Virus record (IMG/VR): IMGVR_UViG_3300045988_081127 | Location: 1-42,509 of that record | Direction: 5' to 3' (one strand) | Source: a virus | Length of the DNA: 42,509 nt | Shown here: positions 1-7,426 of the stretch, in pieces | How the letters are laid out: each line of letters starts with the position of its first letter | Numbering within the stretch: position 1 is the stretch's first letter | Notes under the pieces: model-generated | Seen by the model: only the letters and a program-made list of their open reading frames with translations | What the model was told of the DNA's origin: nothing | The model's database searches: none | Position numbers and translations under genes: made by a program

Positions 1-54
1 AAACATCTTTAGGGGGGTAAACATCTTTAGGGGGGTAAACATCTTTAGGGGGGT
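1..54. repeat. Three perfect tandem 18-bp units AAACATCTTTAGGGGGGT (iteron-like, candidate origin)
   Basis: Units at 1-18, 19-36, 37-54. The same unit ends the window (42492-42509), so the array continues across the window junction. Confidence 0.85.
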
Positions 55-346
55 ACTGATTGATACGGGGTAATGCGCCTCGAATCTTTGCAACGTTCAC
101 CGAAAAAAACCGCTTCTTCCCTCTTTCTTGCTGAGACTTAATCCAGCATGAAGCCTCAAGCCCAGCTATTGCCTTCCGTACTGAAAGAGCTGAAAAATGA
201 GAACAACGCGCAATTTCCGCCGTTGACGGAAAACAATTGTCTCCATCATCGTCGGCATATCGACAGAGCACCATCAAAACAGCGTGCTCCGTGCCACTCA
301 TGACGCAATTCATATCGCTGCAATCCTGCATCAGGCGGTAGGCCAT
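1..346 (-). CDS. Replication initiator, N-terminal part (winged-helix-like); ORF runs off the left window edge
   Basis: Not in the ORF track. Own translation from ATG 346-344 (2 nt after the Cro-like stop, G-run SD-like upstream): MAYRLMQDCSDMNCVMSGTEHAVLMVLCRYADDDGDNCFPSTAEIARCSHFSALSVRKAIAGLEASCWIKSQQERGKKRFFSVNVAKIRGALPRINQ, then YPPKDV repeats encoded by the iterons. No stop down to position 1. The pattern resembles the HTH N-domain of phage replication proteins. Confidence 0.65.
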   Translation of the reverse strand, partial: MAYRLMQDCSDMNCVMSGTEHAVLMVLCRYADDDGDNCFPSTAEIARCSHFSALSVRKAIAGLEASCWIKSQQERGKKRFFSVNVAKIRGALPRINQYPPKDVYPPKDVYPPKDV

Positions 347-348
347 AA

Positions 349-567
349 CTACACCCCCCGGGGCAAACCCTTCCATGCTTCAAACTTCGGGTATTTCAGC
401 ATGAAATAGGGCACTCGGCCTTTAGGAATGCCGCTCCGCTTCCATCGGCTAATGGCCGGGGATGAGACGCCGAAATATTCGGCCATCTCTGTGAGCGTTT
501 TAAATTGCTTTTCCAGCTCTTCGAAAGCCTTCTTTCTGCGCGCCGTCATTTCTGTGGTTTCTGTCAT
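349..567 (-). CDS. Cro/YdaS-like HTH DNA-binding protein
   Basis: 72 aa. MAEYFGVSSPAISRWKRSGIPKGRVPY is a typical Cro/YdaS-type HTH. AGAGGA SD 7 nt before ATG 567. Heads the minus-strand early operon. Confidence 0.7.
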   Translation of the reverse strand: MTETTEMTARRKKAFEELEKQFKTLTEMAEYFGVSSPAISRWKRSGIPKGRVPYFMLKYPKFEAWKGLPRGV

Positions 568-612
568 TTCTGATTTCCTCTTAGTCGGTTAATCACGTCC
601 ATTAGTTTAACA

Positions 613-640
613 GGTGTTAAGCTGTTTGTAAACCCCTTGC
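613..640 (-). promoter_or_regulatory. Candidate early promoter for the Cro-like operon
   Basis: Minus strand reads TTACAA-16 nt-TAAACT about 45 nt upstream of ATG 567. Confidence 0.4.
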
Positions 641-663
641 GCGTCCTTGCGGCTTAACGCTTG

Positions 664-691
664 TTGCGGCCTCGCGGTGCCGTGCTACAGT
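664..691 (+). promoter_or_regulatory. Candidate divergent promoter for the plus-strand early arm
   Basis: TTGCGG-16 nt-TACAGT upstream of GTG 719. Flanked by CTTGCG/TTGCGG direct repeats. Confidence 0.3.
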
Positions 692-718
692 ACATAGCAA
701 TCAACATGAGGCGGCATC

Positions 719-1168
719 GTGGAATTTAGTAGCTCCAGTGTTATGGCCTACATCCTCTATAAAGCAAAGAAGGCCGGTCATTCGATAAGCAAAACGCAGG
801 CGCAGAAACTTCTTTACTGTTGCTATGGCATTGTCTTGGCCGCGTTCGATGAGCGATTAACAGACGAGCACCCAAAGGCATGGCCCGGCGGCCCTCTCTT
901 CCCTCGCGCGCTGAGCGACATTAACGGGCGTCGCCTCACCACCGGCATGGCTGAAAGATTTATCGACTCATGCCCGGCAGACTGGTTGAGCCTGATGGAT
1001 AAGACGATTAACAGGTTTTGGGGCTACTCGGCCACGGCGCTGGAAATTTGGTCGCAGCGCAAGGGCACGCAGTGGGACAAGGCTGATCCGCTTGCATCGT
1101 TAGACGACAGAGAGATACAGAAATACTTTCGCCAATTCGTGCCAATTATCCAAGGCGACGCCACATAA
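719..1168 (+). CDS. Panacea/DUF4065 (SocA/GepA-like antitoxin-type) domain protein
   Basis: ISKTQAQKLLYCCYGIVLAAFDERLTDEHPKAWPGGPLFPRAL matches the remembered DUF4065 core (xLxKLLYxxxG...LxxExxxAWxxGPxxP). GTG start preceded by GAGGCGG. Confidence 0.65.
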   Translation: MEFSSSSVMAYILYKAKKAGHSISKTQAQKLLYCCYGIVLAAFDERLTDEHPKAWPGGPLFPRALSDINGRRLTTGMAERFIDSCPADWLSLMDKTINRFWGYSATALEIWSQRKGTQWDKADPLASLDDREIQKYFRQFVPIIQGDAT

Positions 1169-1171
1169 CTG

Positions 1172-1197
1172 AAGCCGTCGCCCTTAGGGCTTTTTTA
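1172..1197 (+). terminator. Weak hairpin + T-run after the Panacea-like gene
   Basis: GCCC-TTA-GGGC (or AAGCC/GGCTT) followed by TTTTTT at 1191-1196. Confidence 0.35.
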
Positions 1198-1335
1198 CCT
1201 TAGTATTTTTACTAGGTGAAAAATTGACGGCTACACCTTTACTTTTCCCTTCACTTTGGTTAATATACTGTCAATGGTTGAGGTAATCCTCTGCCGACTT
1301 TAAGACTTGCCCGCACGGGCCGTAAGGAGTGAAAA

Positions 1336-1662
1336 ATGTCACAGACTCTTATCAACGTATCCGCCGCCAAAGCCGAAGCCCTCGGCGATTTCCTCGGCGC
1401 CATCAATGCCGCCGCCGCTAAAAATTCTTCTCAGTTCTACAGTCAGTTTGGCGGGGATGTCCTCCCGGCGCTCGGCGTGGAGCAGAAAATTGAAATTACG
1501 GCGGCCTGCTTCCGCCTGCTGCGTTCCGTCGTCACCGATGCGAAGGCGCGGGAAGACTTCCCGGCCCTTGCCGGGTGGGTAAATGAAGCCCTCGCCGACC
1601 GTATTGATGACATCGTCCTGTCGCAGCTTCACTCTGCGGCCGAATACCCTGAGGTAATCTAA
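1336..1662 (+). CDS. Hypothetical early protein (108 aa)
   Basis: AAGGAG SD 6 nt upstream of the ATG. Preferred over the overlapping minus-strand ORF 1339-1707 by operon context. Confidence 0.6.
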   Translation: MSQTLINVSAAKAEALGDFLGAINAAAAKNSSQFYSQFGGDVLPALGVEQKIEITAACFRLLRSVVTDAKAREDFPALAGWVNEALADRIDDIVLSQLHSAAEYPEVI

Positions 1663-2052
1663 ATGAGATTCACGACCTACAGCCGGGCGGCGAGTAACGC
1701 CGCCCACGAAGCGGCTCAGGCCGCATGGGATGGCATGAGTCCCGAAGAGTTCGATCCGTGCCCCCGGGAGCCTGAGCAGTGGGAGGAGTGGTGTGCCAAG
1801 CTCTCCCAGTCGTTAGAGGTGATTTGTGACTGGCCGGATTACGGCATCCAGCTTGAGAGCGTCACACTCGAAGACATGGCCGCCGATTTGCTCGGCTCGG
1901 CCTACGAGGAATTAAGCCACGACGCCCCCGGCGCCATTGCCGCGTATTGCCCGCGTAATAGCCCCCTGTGGTCTGCCATACAGCGCGTGTATGCGCTGGA
2001 ATATGTCGGCGTCCCTGCCGACGCCGCGGAAGGCTACATAGCCACACATTAA
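1663..2052 (+). CDS. Hypothetical, strongly acidic early protein (129 aa)
   Basis: The ATG directly follows the previous stop (TAAATG). About 22 D/E versus about 6 K/R by my count. Confidence 0.6.
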   Translation: MRFTTYSRAASNAAHEAAQAAWDGMSPEEFDPCPREPEQWEEWCAKLSQSLEVICDWPDYGIQLESVTLEDMAADLLGSAYEELSHDAPGAIAAYCPRNSPLWSAIQRVYALEYVGVPADAAEGYIATH

Positions 2053-2057
2053 AAAAA

Positions 2058-2102
2058 CGCTCGGGATAGCGGCCTGCTAAACCCCGAGCGCGTCACTTTT
2101 TA
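2058..2102 (+). terminator. Hairpin CGCTCGGG...CCCGAGCG followed by a T-rich tract
   Basis: 8-bp stem (2058-2065 / 2083-2090), 17-nt loop, then CGTCACTTTTTA. Confidence 0.4.
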
Positions 2103-2125
2103 GCAAAGCACCTTAAGAGGATAAC

Positions 2126-2785
2126 ATGACAACAGACAAAACCACAACCCCGGCTGAGAACATCTATGCCGCCCTTGCGGCGGCTCAGGCTGAATTCAAG
2201 ACGGTCACAAAGAATTGCGTTAATCCTGCTTTCAATTCGAAGTATGCCGACTTGCAAAGCATCCTTGACGCAACACGCCCGGCGCTCAATCGCCACGGCC
2301 TTTTTCTATTCCAGCGCGTGGCGTCATCGAAAGACGGCGTAAGCGTTGAAACGTGCGTGTCTCACGCATCGGGTGAGACGCTTTCGAGCGGCGTTCTGTT
2401 TCTCCCTGTTATCAGTCCTAAGAACCCGTCGCAGGCTTTCGGCAGTGCTGAGACATACGCTCGGCGCTATAGCCTGAGCGCCTTCCTCGGCGTGAGCGCC
2501 GATGAGGACGACGACGGCAACGGCGCAAAGGTCGACGAACAGACGCTGACGAATGAGCGTTTAGCGTCGGCGCTGGTTGACGTGGCCACAGAGGCCGCGC
2601 ACCGCGGCACTACGGCATACAAGGACTTTTATGAACACTTAACGCCGACGGCCCGAAAAGCGCTTAAGGGTGCCGGCATTCATGACGAATTGAAAGTTCT
2701 CGCTGGAAGTGTAGACGAGAAATCACAGGCGCCGCAGGCCATCGAGCAGGCCGCCCCCGCCGAAATTGAAACTTCAGAGGAGTAA
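2126..2785 (+). CDS. ERF-family single-strand annealing recombinase
   Basis: AALAAAQAEFKTVTKNCVNPAFNSKYADLQSILDATRPAL ... ETYARRYSLSAFLGV is the characteristic ERF core. AAGAGGA SD. Confidence 0.8.
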   Translation: MTTDKTTTPAENIYAALAAAQAEFKTVTKNCVNPAFNSKYADLQSILDATRPALNRHGLFLFQRVASSKDGVSVETCVSHASGETLSSGVLFLPVISPKNPSQAFGSAETYARRYSLSAFLGVSADEDDDGNGAKVDEQTLTNERLASALVDVATEAAHRGTTAYKDFYEHLTPTARKALKGAGIHDELKVLAGSVDEKSQAPQAIEQAAPAEIETSEE

Positions 2786-2790
2786 CAAAA

Positions 2791-3231
2791 ATGGCCATTT
2801 ATATGAATAAAGTCATTCTCATCGGCAACGTGGGCAAGAAACCTGAGTTGAAAGAATCGAAGTCCGGGCCTGTGTGCCGCGTGAGCCTCGCGACTACACG
2901 GCACTGGACTGATGCGCAGGGTCAAAAGCAGTCCGAAACTGAATGGCATAACTGCACGGCGTTCGGTCGTGTCGCTGAAATTTTCGCTGAGTACCTTGAC
3001 AAGGGTTCGCAGTTGATGGTTGAAGGGCGGCTACGCACGCGCGAATACACAGACGCTCAGGGCGTTAAACGCTACTCGACAGAAGTCCTTGTCGAGCGTC
3101 AGCAGTTCGGTAGTCGCGGCACCGCGGACGGTCAGCCCCAGCGTCCGGCCCCGAAGCCCGTCAGCGTCCCGGCGGCAAAGAAGTCCACGCCCGCGAACGC
3201 CGCTGACATTGATGAGGATTGTCTTTTCTGA
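2791..3231 (+). CDS. ssb: Single-stranded DNA-binding protein
   Basis: NKVILIGNVGKKPEL...TEWHNCTAFGRVAEIFAEYLDKGSQLMVEGRLRTREY OB-fold signature and acidic tail DIDEDCLF. GAGGAG SD. Confidence 0.9.
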   Translation: MAIYMNKVILIGNVGKKPELKESKSGPVCRVSLATTRHWTDAQGQKQSETEWHNCTAFGRVAEIFAEYLDKGSQLMVEGRLRTREYTDAQGVKRYSTEVLVERQQFGSRGTADGQPQRPAPKPVSVPAAKKSTPANAADIDEDCLF

Positions 3232-3241
3232 GGAGCGTGAG

Positions 3242-3853
3242 ATGTTTGTTGACATGAAAAAAGACCCTGACGCGCCGAAGGCCACGGCGCTTGACTTGCG
3301 CGAAGCCGTGCGCCAAGCGGCTGAGGCCGTCGAAGTCGACCCGGAAACTGGTGAGATTACGGGACTCGACAAGCTGCGAGAGGCGGAGGGAAAGGAGGCC
3401 GACAAGGTAGCGGCGCTTGCCCGCGTGGTGCGCTCCGTGCGCCGTGAGGCCGCCGCTGTCTCCGAGCACATTGAGGCCGAGAAGGCGATTTTGAAGCGAC
3501 TGGAGACGAAGGCCGACAAGCTATCTGACTTCTTGGCGCAGTTCATGCTGAGCGGCAAAATCAATCGGATAACAGACGTTGATATCGAGGTCAAAGCCCT
3601 CGCCGGTCGGGAGTCCGTGGCCGTGCTGGATATTGAGGCCGTCCCCTCGGACTTCGTCAAAGTGAATGCGATTAAGTGCCCGCCGACTCTTTCCTACACG
3701 GATGCGCGGCGTCTTGCTAGGACGATGGGCGCGGGTGCCGAGGTCGTGCGCACGGTTGACAAGATTGCGGTCATGAACGAATGGAAGCTAGGCAAGAACA
3801 CGATCCCCGGCACAGTGATTTTCCGCACGCCGGGCCTCAAGATTTCTGCGTGA
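3242..3853 (+). CDS. Gp157-like / coiled-coil recombination-associated protein
   Basis: The track ORF 3020-3853 is trimmed to ATG 3242 (GAGGAG SD; the extension overlaps ssb). Coiled-coil N-half, with a C-half resembling the Siphovirus Gp157 family. Confidence 0.55.
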   Translation: MFVDMKKDPDAPKATALDLREAVRQAAEAVEVDPETGEITGLDKLREAEGKEADKVAALARVVRSVRREAAAVSEHIEAEKAILKRLETKADKLSDFLAQFMLSGKINRITDVDIEVKALAGRESVAVLDIEAVPSDFVKVNAIKCPPTLSYTDARRLARTMGAGAEVVRTVDKIAVMNEWKLGKNTIPGTVIFRTPGLKISA

Positions 3854-3861
3854 GGTGCGCC

Positions 3862-3963
3862 ATGATACTTGATCGCATTTTGGACTTACTGGCCGCCCTT
3901 GCGCTCGTTGCCCTTGTGCTGGCGCCGGGGATGCTGGTCGGCTTCTTTATTTGGGGCTTGTAA
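3862..3963 (+). CDS. Small hydrophobic protein (33 aa)
   Basis: MILDRILDLLAALALVALVLAPGMLVGFFIWGL. GAGGTG SD before ATG 3862. Confidence 0.4.
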   Translation: MILDRILDLLAALALVALVLAPGMLVGFFIWGL

Positions 3964-3982
3964 GCCCGACGGAGGATTAAAA

Positions 3983-4471
3983 ATGGATACTTCTTTCTTC
4001 CCGATTCTTTCGGTCACGACAGCGAAAATTACCGCGACGGCCCCGGAGTGGAAAGCCTTGCTAAAGCTCCTGCCGCCTGCGCCCGAAGCTCGGCCGATTT
4101 TGAGAAAAGCGGCGGAGGGTGCGCGGTTTTTCGAGTATGCCCGGCTCACGAATGACTACACCGGCGCCCGGCTTCTCGTTGCGAGTTGCGCAGCTCATCG
4201 CGACGTTGGCGGCGCTTGCGTGTTCAATGTTGGACAGCGTGCCGCCCTGACGTTCGTTCTCTTTGCGCATACCGGAACGCTCACAAAGTCCCAAAAAAAT
4301 ATCGTGTCTGCCGTTCTCCTGAAAGCAGAAGAAATCTACGACCCGGTGAATGACATGCTTTATGACATCGCGGTCAAAAGCGACCCGAAGCGCGCTAGAG
4401 ATATTGGCCTCGATGCGTTGATACCAGCGCGACAGCTCTATGACGCTATAACCAAATTTTGGGAGTCGTAA
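3983..4471 (+). CDS. Hypothetical protein (162 aa)
   Basis: GGAGG SD before ATG 3983. The track's longer start at 3869 is rejected. Confidence 0.6.
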   Translation: MDTSFFPILSVTTAKITATAPEWKALLKLLPPAPEARPILRKAAEGARFFEYARLTNDYTGARLLVASCAAHRDVGGACVFNVGQRAALTFVLFAHTGTLTKSQKNIVSAVLLKAEEIYDPVNDMLYDIAVKSDPKRARDIGLDALIPARQLYDAITKFWES

Positions 4472-4488
4472 GGCTTGGAGGATTCGAA

Positions 4489-4854
4489 ATGGCGACCAAA
4501 ATCGCAAAATTCAAACATCTGACGGACGCCCAGTGCGTCCAGTTCGAAAATTGGGGAGCCGTCACATGGCACGTGTTTGCGTCTGAAGAAGACGCAAACC
4601 AGTGGAAGCATCTTATGCATTTAGGGGATGCCGAGTTGTGTGGTGTTAATTCTGATATGTTCTTTGCGGCGAGGGGTGTAGCAGTGATTTACTCCCACGG
4701 AACATCTGCCCTCGTGAAACTGCGCGGCGAAGAGGACTTGGCGCAAACTTGGCTGGACTGCGCTGACCTAGAAGACGCCGAGACGCGTGTCCTCAGGCGC
4801 ATCGACGAGCTTCGTGAGTGCAAAGACTTTTGCGAAGGGGATGAATATGATTGA
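4489..4854 (+). CDS. Hypothetical protein (121 aa)
   Basis: GGAGG SD before ATG 4489. Confidence 0.6.
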   Translation: MATKIAKFKHLTDAQCVQFENWGAVTWHVFASEEDANQWKHLMHLGDAELCGVNSDMFFAARGVAVIYSHGTSALVKLRGEEDLAQTWLDCADLEDAETRVLRRIDELRECKDFCEGDEYD

Positions 4855-5074
4855 CCTGAAGAAAACAAAAATGATGATCCGCGAGATGAAGGCCGATCAC
4901 ATCTTCTCAAAGAGCGAGGCTACACAGCTCTCTATCCTTGTTGATCGCGTGAAAGACGGCAGGGATGATTTGGCGATCATGCTCGCGCAGAGCCTCGCAA
5001 CAGAAATCACTAAAAAAGGGATGGCCGTGCAGAAGTTCGTCGGCTTTCTGAAAGGCGCGAAGGAGGAAGCATGA
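4847..5074 (+). CDS. Hypothetical protein (75 aa)
   Basis: ATG 4847 overlaps the upstream stop. Start is uncertain (4841/4847). Confidence 0.5.
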   Translation: MIDLKKTKMMIREMKADHIFSKSEATQLSILVDRVKDGRDDLAIMLAQSLATEITKKGMAVQKFVGFLKGAKEEA

Positions 5075-5637
5075 GCCGAGCATTGAGGCGGCTGGCGAAG
5101 CGTGCAGAGCGCAAGCCCAGCCGCATAAAACAATGTCACTACTCCGGCGATGCTTTGATAGAGCGCAGGGGGTACGGCGCACTCGCCCGCGTCATCCCGG
5201 TGACGGAATCTGAACAGCATAAATACTGTCTTGGTTTTTACGCGTTATTAGAGCGGTGCCGCTCCGGGGAGTCGGAGAAGGATGACGGGTGCTGGTCGGA
5301 CTTGATGAGCGTTCTGATCACAGGCTTTATCTGTGCACGCGCCACGACCCAGCCGGTGAACCTTTCGCGGCAGTTTCAGGCCGCTGGGGCGCTGCTTGAC
5401 TCGGCCTATGTGCACTGGCAGAAAACGCATCAGATACTAGAGGCTAATTTTGACGTCGTACATCAGGCAATTGATGACTTGTGCGACATCGTCATGCAAC
5501 TGCGCAGGGATGAACTTATGCGCGTCAACGAAACGATGAGAGCCGACACGATCGGCATCTACCGCGACTTCTTCAATGACCCGCGCGCGTTTACAGCAGA
5601 GGATAAGGCGTTTCAGGAGTGGTTGGCGCGTCAGTAG
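5071..5637 (+). CDS. Hypothetical protein (188 aa)
   Basis: ATGA overlap with the upstream gene. No recognisable motif. Confidence 0.6.
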   Translation: MSRALRRLAKRAERKPSRIKQCHYSGDALIERRGYGALARVIPVTESEQHKYCLGFYALLERCRSGESEKDDGCWSDLMSVLITGFICARATTQPVNLSRQFQAAGALLDSAYVHWQKTHQILEANFDVVHQAIDDLCDIVMQLRRDELMRVNETMRADTIGIYRDFFNDPRAFTAEDKAFQEWLARQ

Positions 5638-5639
5638 CA

Positions 5640-5742
5640 GGCAAAAGAAAAGCCGCAATCGGCGGATTTTGCCTCGGCTATAGTATAGCTGGTCAATATA
5701 GCCGACCAAAGGAAAAAGAAAAGCCGCTGAATGCGGCTTTTC
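5640..5742. terminator. Three consecutive stem-loops (bidirectional terminator block or structured RNA)
   Basis: Hairpins at 5640-5673 (GGCAAAA/TTTTGCC with inner GCCG/CGGC), 5674-5705 (9-bp TCGGCTATA/TATAGCCGA) and 5718-5742 (10-bp GAAAAGCCGC/GCGGCTTTTC). Motif AAAGAAAAGCCGC repeats at 5644 and 5715. Confidence 0.55.
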
Positions 5743-5973
5743 CCCCTGCGCCCGGCTATCTTCAAAGATCGCTTAAACGTTAATTCGGTCACGCAGAGTG
5801 TACGGCGTGGCCATGTCCCCCCGCGTTTAAATCGTAACCTCAGCCCCAGCCCTGTCAAGCATCGCCCGGTTTTCGTGCTTATCAGTATAAATACTAATTT
5901 ACGTACGTTACTAACTAGACTGATATTCCGTTTATCAGATAACAACAAGCCCGCAGGGCTTCGGAGATACAAA

Positions 5974-6720
5974 ATGAGAACCACCGTTAATCTTATTGTT
6001 TCGTCATTCACTAAGTTTGCCCGTCGCGGCGAGCCTGCTCGAGGAGAGCACTACATTGGGTGCATCGTCGATGAGTGCTTGTCGGTCGAAAGCGGCAAAC
6101 TCGTCGCACACGGGCGGGCACACCTTTGCACCGGCGAACTGCCGGAGGATATTAGCTACGACTTTTATCAGGATCTGACCGTCACGGTCACTTACTCGAA
6201 AGAGCGGGCGAAGTGGGTCGCTCAGACCTCTTGGTCCGGCGAATGTCTCGACGAGCTTAACCAGCCGATGCCGGCTGATGTGAAGAACATCATGGTCGAG
6301 TGCTACGGTCTTCTTGCCGGTGAGGCACAGGCCGTAATTGATTTTGACGCGGAAGCCCAGCGGATGGCGGATGACTTGGAGTTCGTGCTCTATGTGAATG
6401 GCCTGACTGGGGCCGAAAAGCTCGCATTCGTTAACGGCTGGGCTGCGGCTGGCGGCCCTGTTGACGCCCTCGGGCATGAGGAAGCGGACTGCACGCCGTG
6501 GGTGCAGAACAACGCTATTTGTGTGTCGGCCTTTGACGTCGACTTCATTCCGCGGTCTGCGGAAGATTGGGGCCGGGCGCACTGGTTGTCGCAAAGAGCA
6601 TATGCAATTACGTCGCTCGCAATGTGGTACAAACAGGCGAGCGGGATTGAGCGCGCCATGTGGTGCAAAGAACATCAGCTGATCGCAGAGGACGTCGCGA
6701 GGCGTGCCAATGGACTCTAA
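5974..6720 (+). CDS. Hypothetical protein (248 aa)
   Basis: GGAGA SD before ATG 5974. The track extension back to 5731 crosses the terminator block and is rejected. Confidence 0.6.
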   Translation: MRTTVNLIVSSFTKFARRGEPARGEHYIGCIVDECLSVESGKLVAHGRAHLCTGELPEDISYDFYQDLTVTVTYSKERAKWVAQTSWSGECLDELNQPMPADVKNIMVECYGLLAGEAQAVIDFDAEAQRMADDLEFVLYVNGLTGAEKLAFVNGWAAAGGPVDALGHEEADCTPWVQNNAICVSAFDVDFIPRSAEDWGRAHWLSQRAYAITSLAMWYKQASGIERAMWCKEHQLIAEDVARRANGL

Positions 6721-6895
6721 TAAAAAGAACCTCGGCGGAAGGCCGAGGCTGTATGAGAACGGCTCCCGCAACGTCACGATCAGCCTGCCGGTCGAACTGG
6801 CGGACCTTCTAAAGGAACTCGGAGGCTCGCACTGGATACGCGATAGGCTGAGAGAGGTACGGGAGTGCGAAAAGCCGAAAGTTAGGGTACAATGA
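6704..6895 (+). CDS. Ribbon-helix-helix-like small DNA-binding protein
   Basis: GGRPRLYENGSRNVTISLPVELADLLKEL has an RHH beta-strand + helix pattern. Overlaps the upstream gene by 17 nt. Confidence 0.5.
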   Translation: MPMDSNKKNLGGRPRLYENGSRNVTISLPVELADLLKELGGSHWIRDRLREVRECEKPKVRVQ

Positions 6896-6938
6896 GAACC
6901 GCGAAAACAGTCTATGCGGTCGGTTTTCTGAAAAGCCT

Positions 6939-6975
6939 CGTGGCAATCTCCAGACGCCACGGGGTTTTTCTTTTG
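6939..6975 (+). terminator. Intrinsic terminator at the convergence of the plus early arm and the minus late arm
   Basis: CGTGGC (6939-6944) / GCCACG (6956-6961) stem followed by GGGTTTTTCTTTT. Confidence 0.65.
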
Positions 6976-6979
6976 TGCT

Positions 6980-7426
6980 TCACGGTTTCAGGGCTTCGCG
7001 GACGGCGTTTCGGTCTGCGCTGAGGCCGCCGACCAGTCCGCCGCCTTCGCTAAGTAGCTCCGCACCCTCAGCAAGTAAGCGTTTACAGTCTGCGACTTGT
7101 CGCTCACAAGAGACGCAGGCACTACCGGCGCCGGGGGGCACTCCACCACGCCCGGAGCTTGCGGCACGGCGCAGGCGCTCAACATCGCCGCGCATACTAT
7201 CGAGCTCAGAGCCAAGCGCATCAATCTCAGCCTGCTTCTTGTCGACAGCTTCGGCGAGCTTCTTCGCATTGTCAGCCTCCCTTTTCGTGAGCTTCGCTTG
7301 ATACTCCTGCGCGGCCTGCGCGTAATCAGCTTTAAGGCGCTGGATGTCAGCAGTGCGCAGAGCGTCCGCAAAGGCGTATCCGGCGCCGAAGACGATCACG
7401 CCCGCAGCTAGGTAGAGCCATTTCAT
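6980..7426 (-). CDS. Rz: i-spanin (Rz-like)
   Basis: Trimmed to ATG 7426 (MKWLYLAAGVIVFGAGYAF N-terminal TM, then a coiled coil rich in A/E/K/Q). Last gene of the lysis cassette. Confidence 0.7.
   Translation of the reverse strand: MKWLYLAAGVIVFGAGYAFADALRTADIQRLKADYAQAAQEYQAKLTKREADNAKKLAEAVDKKQAEIDALGSELDSMRGDVERLRRAASSGRGGVPPGAGSACVSCERQVADCKRLLAEGAELLSEGGGLVGGLSADRNAVREALKP
6988..7221 (-). CDS. Rz1: o-spanin (Rz1-like lipoprotein) embedded out of frame in Rz
   Basis: MRLALSSIVCAAMLSAC has an LSAC lipobox, followed by Pro-rich AVPQAPGVVECPPAPVVPASL. Lies wholly inside the Rz ORF in another frame. Confidence 0.65.
   Translation of the reverse strand: MRLALSSIVCAAMLSACAVPQAPGVVECPPAPVVPASLVSDKSQTVNAYLLRVRSYLAKAADWSAASAQTETPSAKP

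Noticed and set aside
1-54. Possible CRISPR array at the window ends
   Set aside because: The repeats are contiguous with no spacers, are only 18 bp long, have no cas genes nearby, and lie inside an initiator ORF. An iteron interpretation fits better.
3020-3241. Long 5' extension of the Gp157-like ORF overlapping ssb
   Set aside because: R/S/P-rich out-of-frame overlap with ssb. ATG 3242 has a GAGGAG SD.
5731-5973. N-terminal extension of the 5974-6720 ORF (track start 5731)
   Set aside because: It would begin inside the third terminator hairpin and read through an AT-rich promoter-like region. A good SD precedes ATG 5974.
6004-6960. 318-aa minus-strand ORF
   Set aside because: It runs antisense through the 248-aa and RHH genes and across the terminator hairpins. 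The plus-strand genes have SD sites and coupling.
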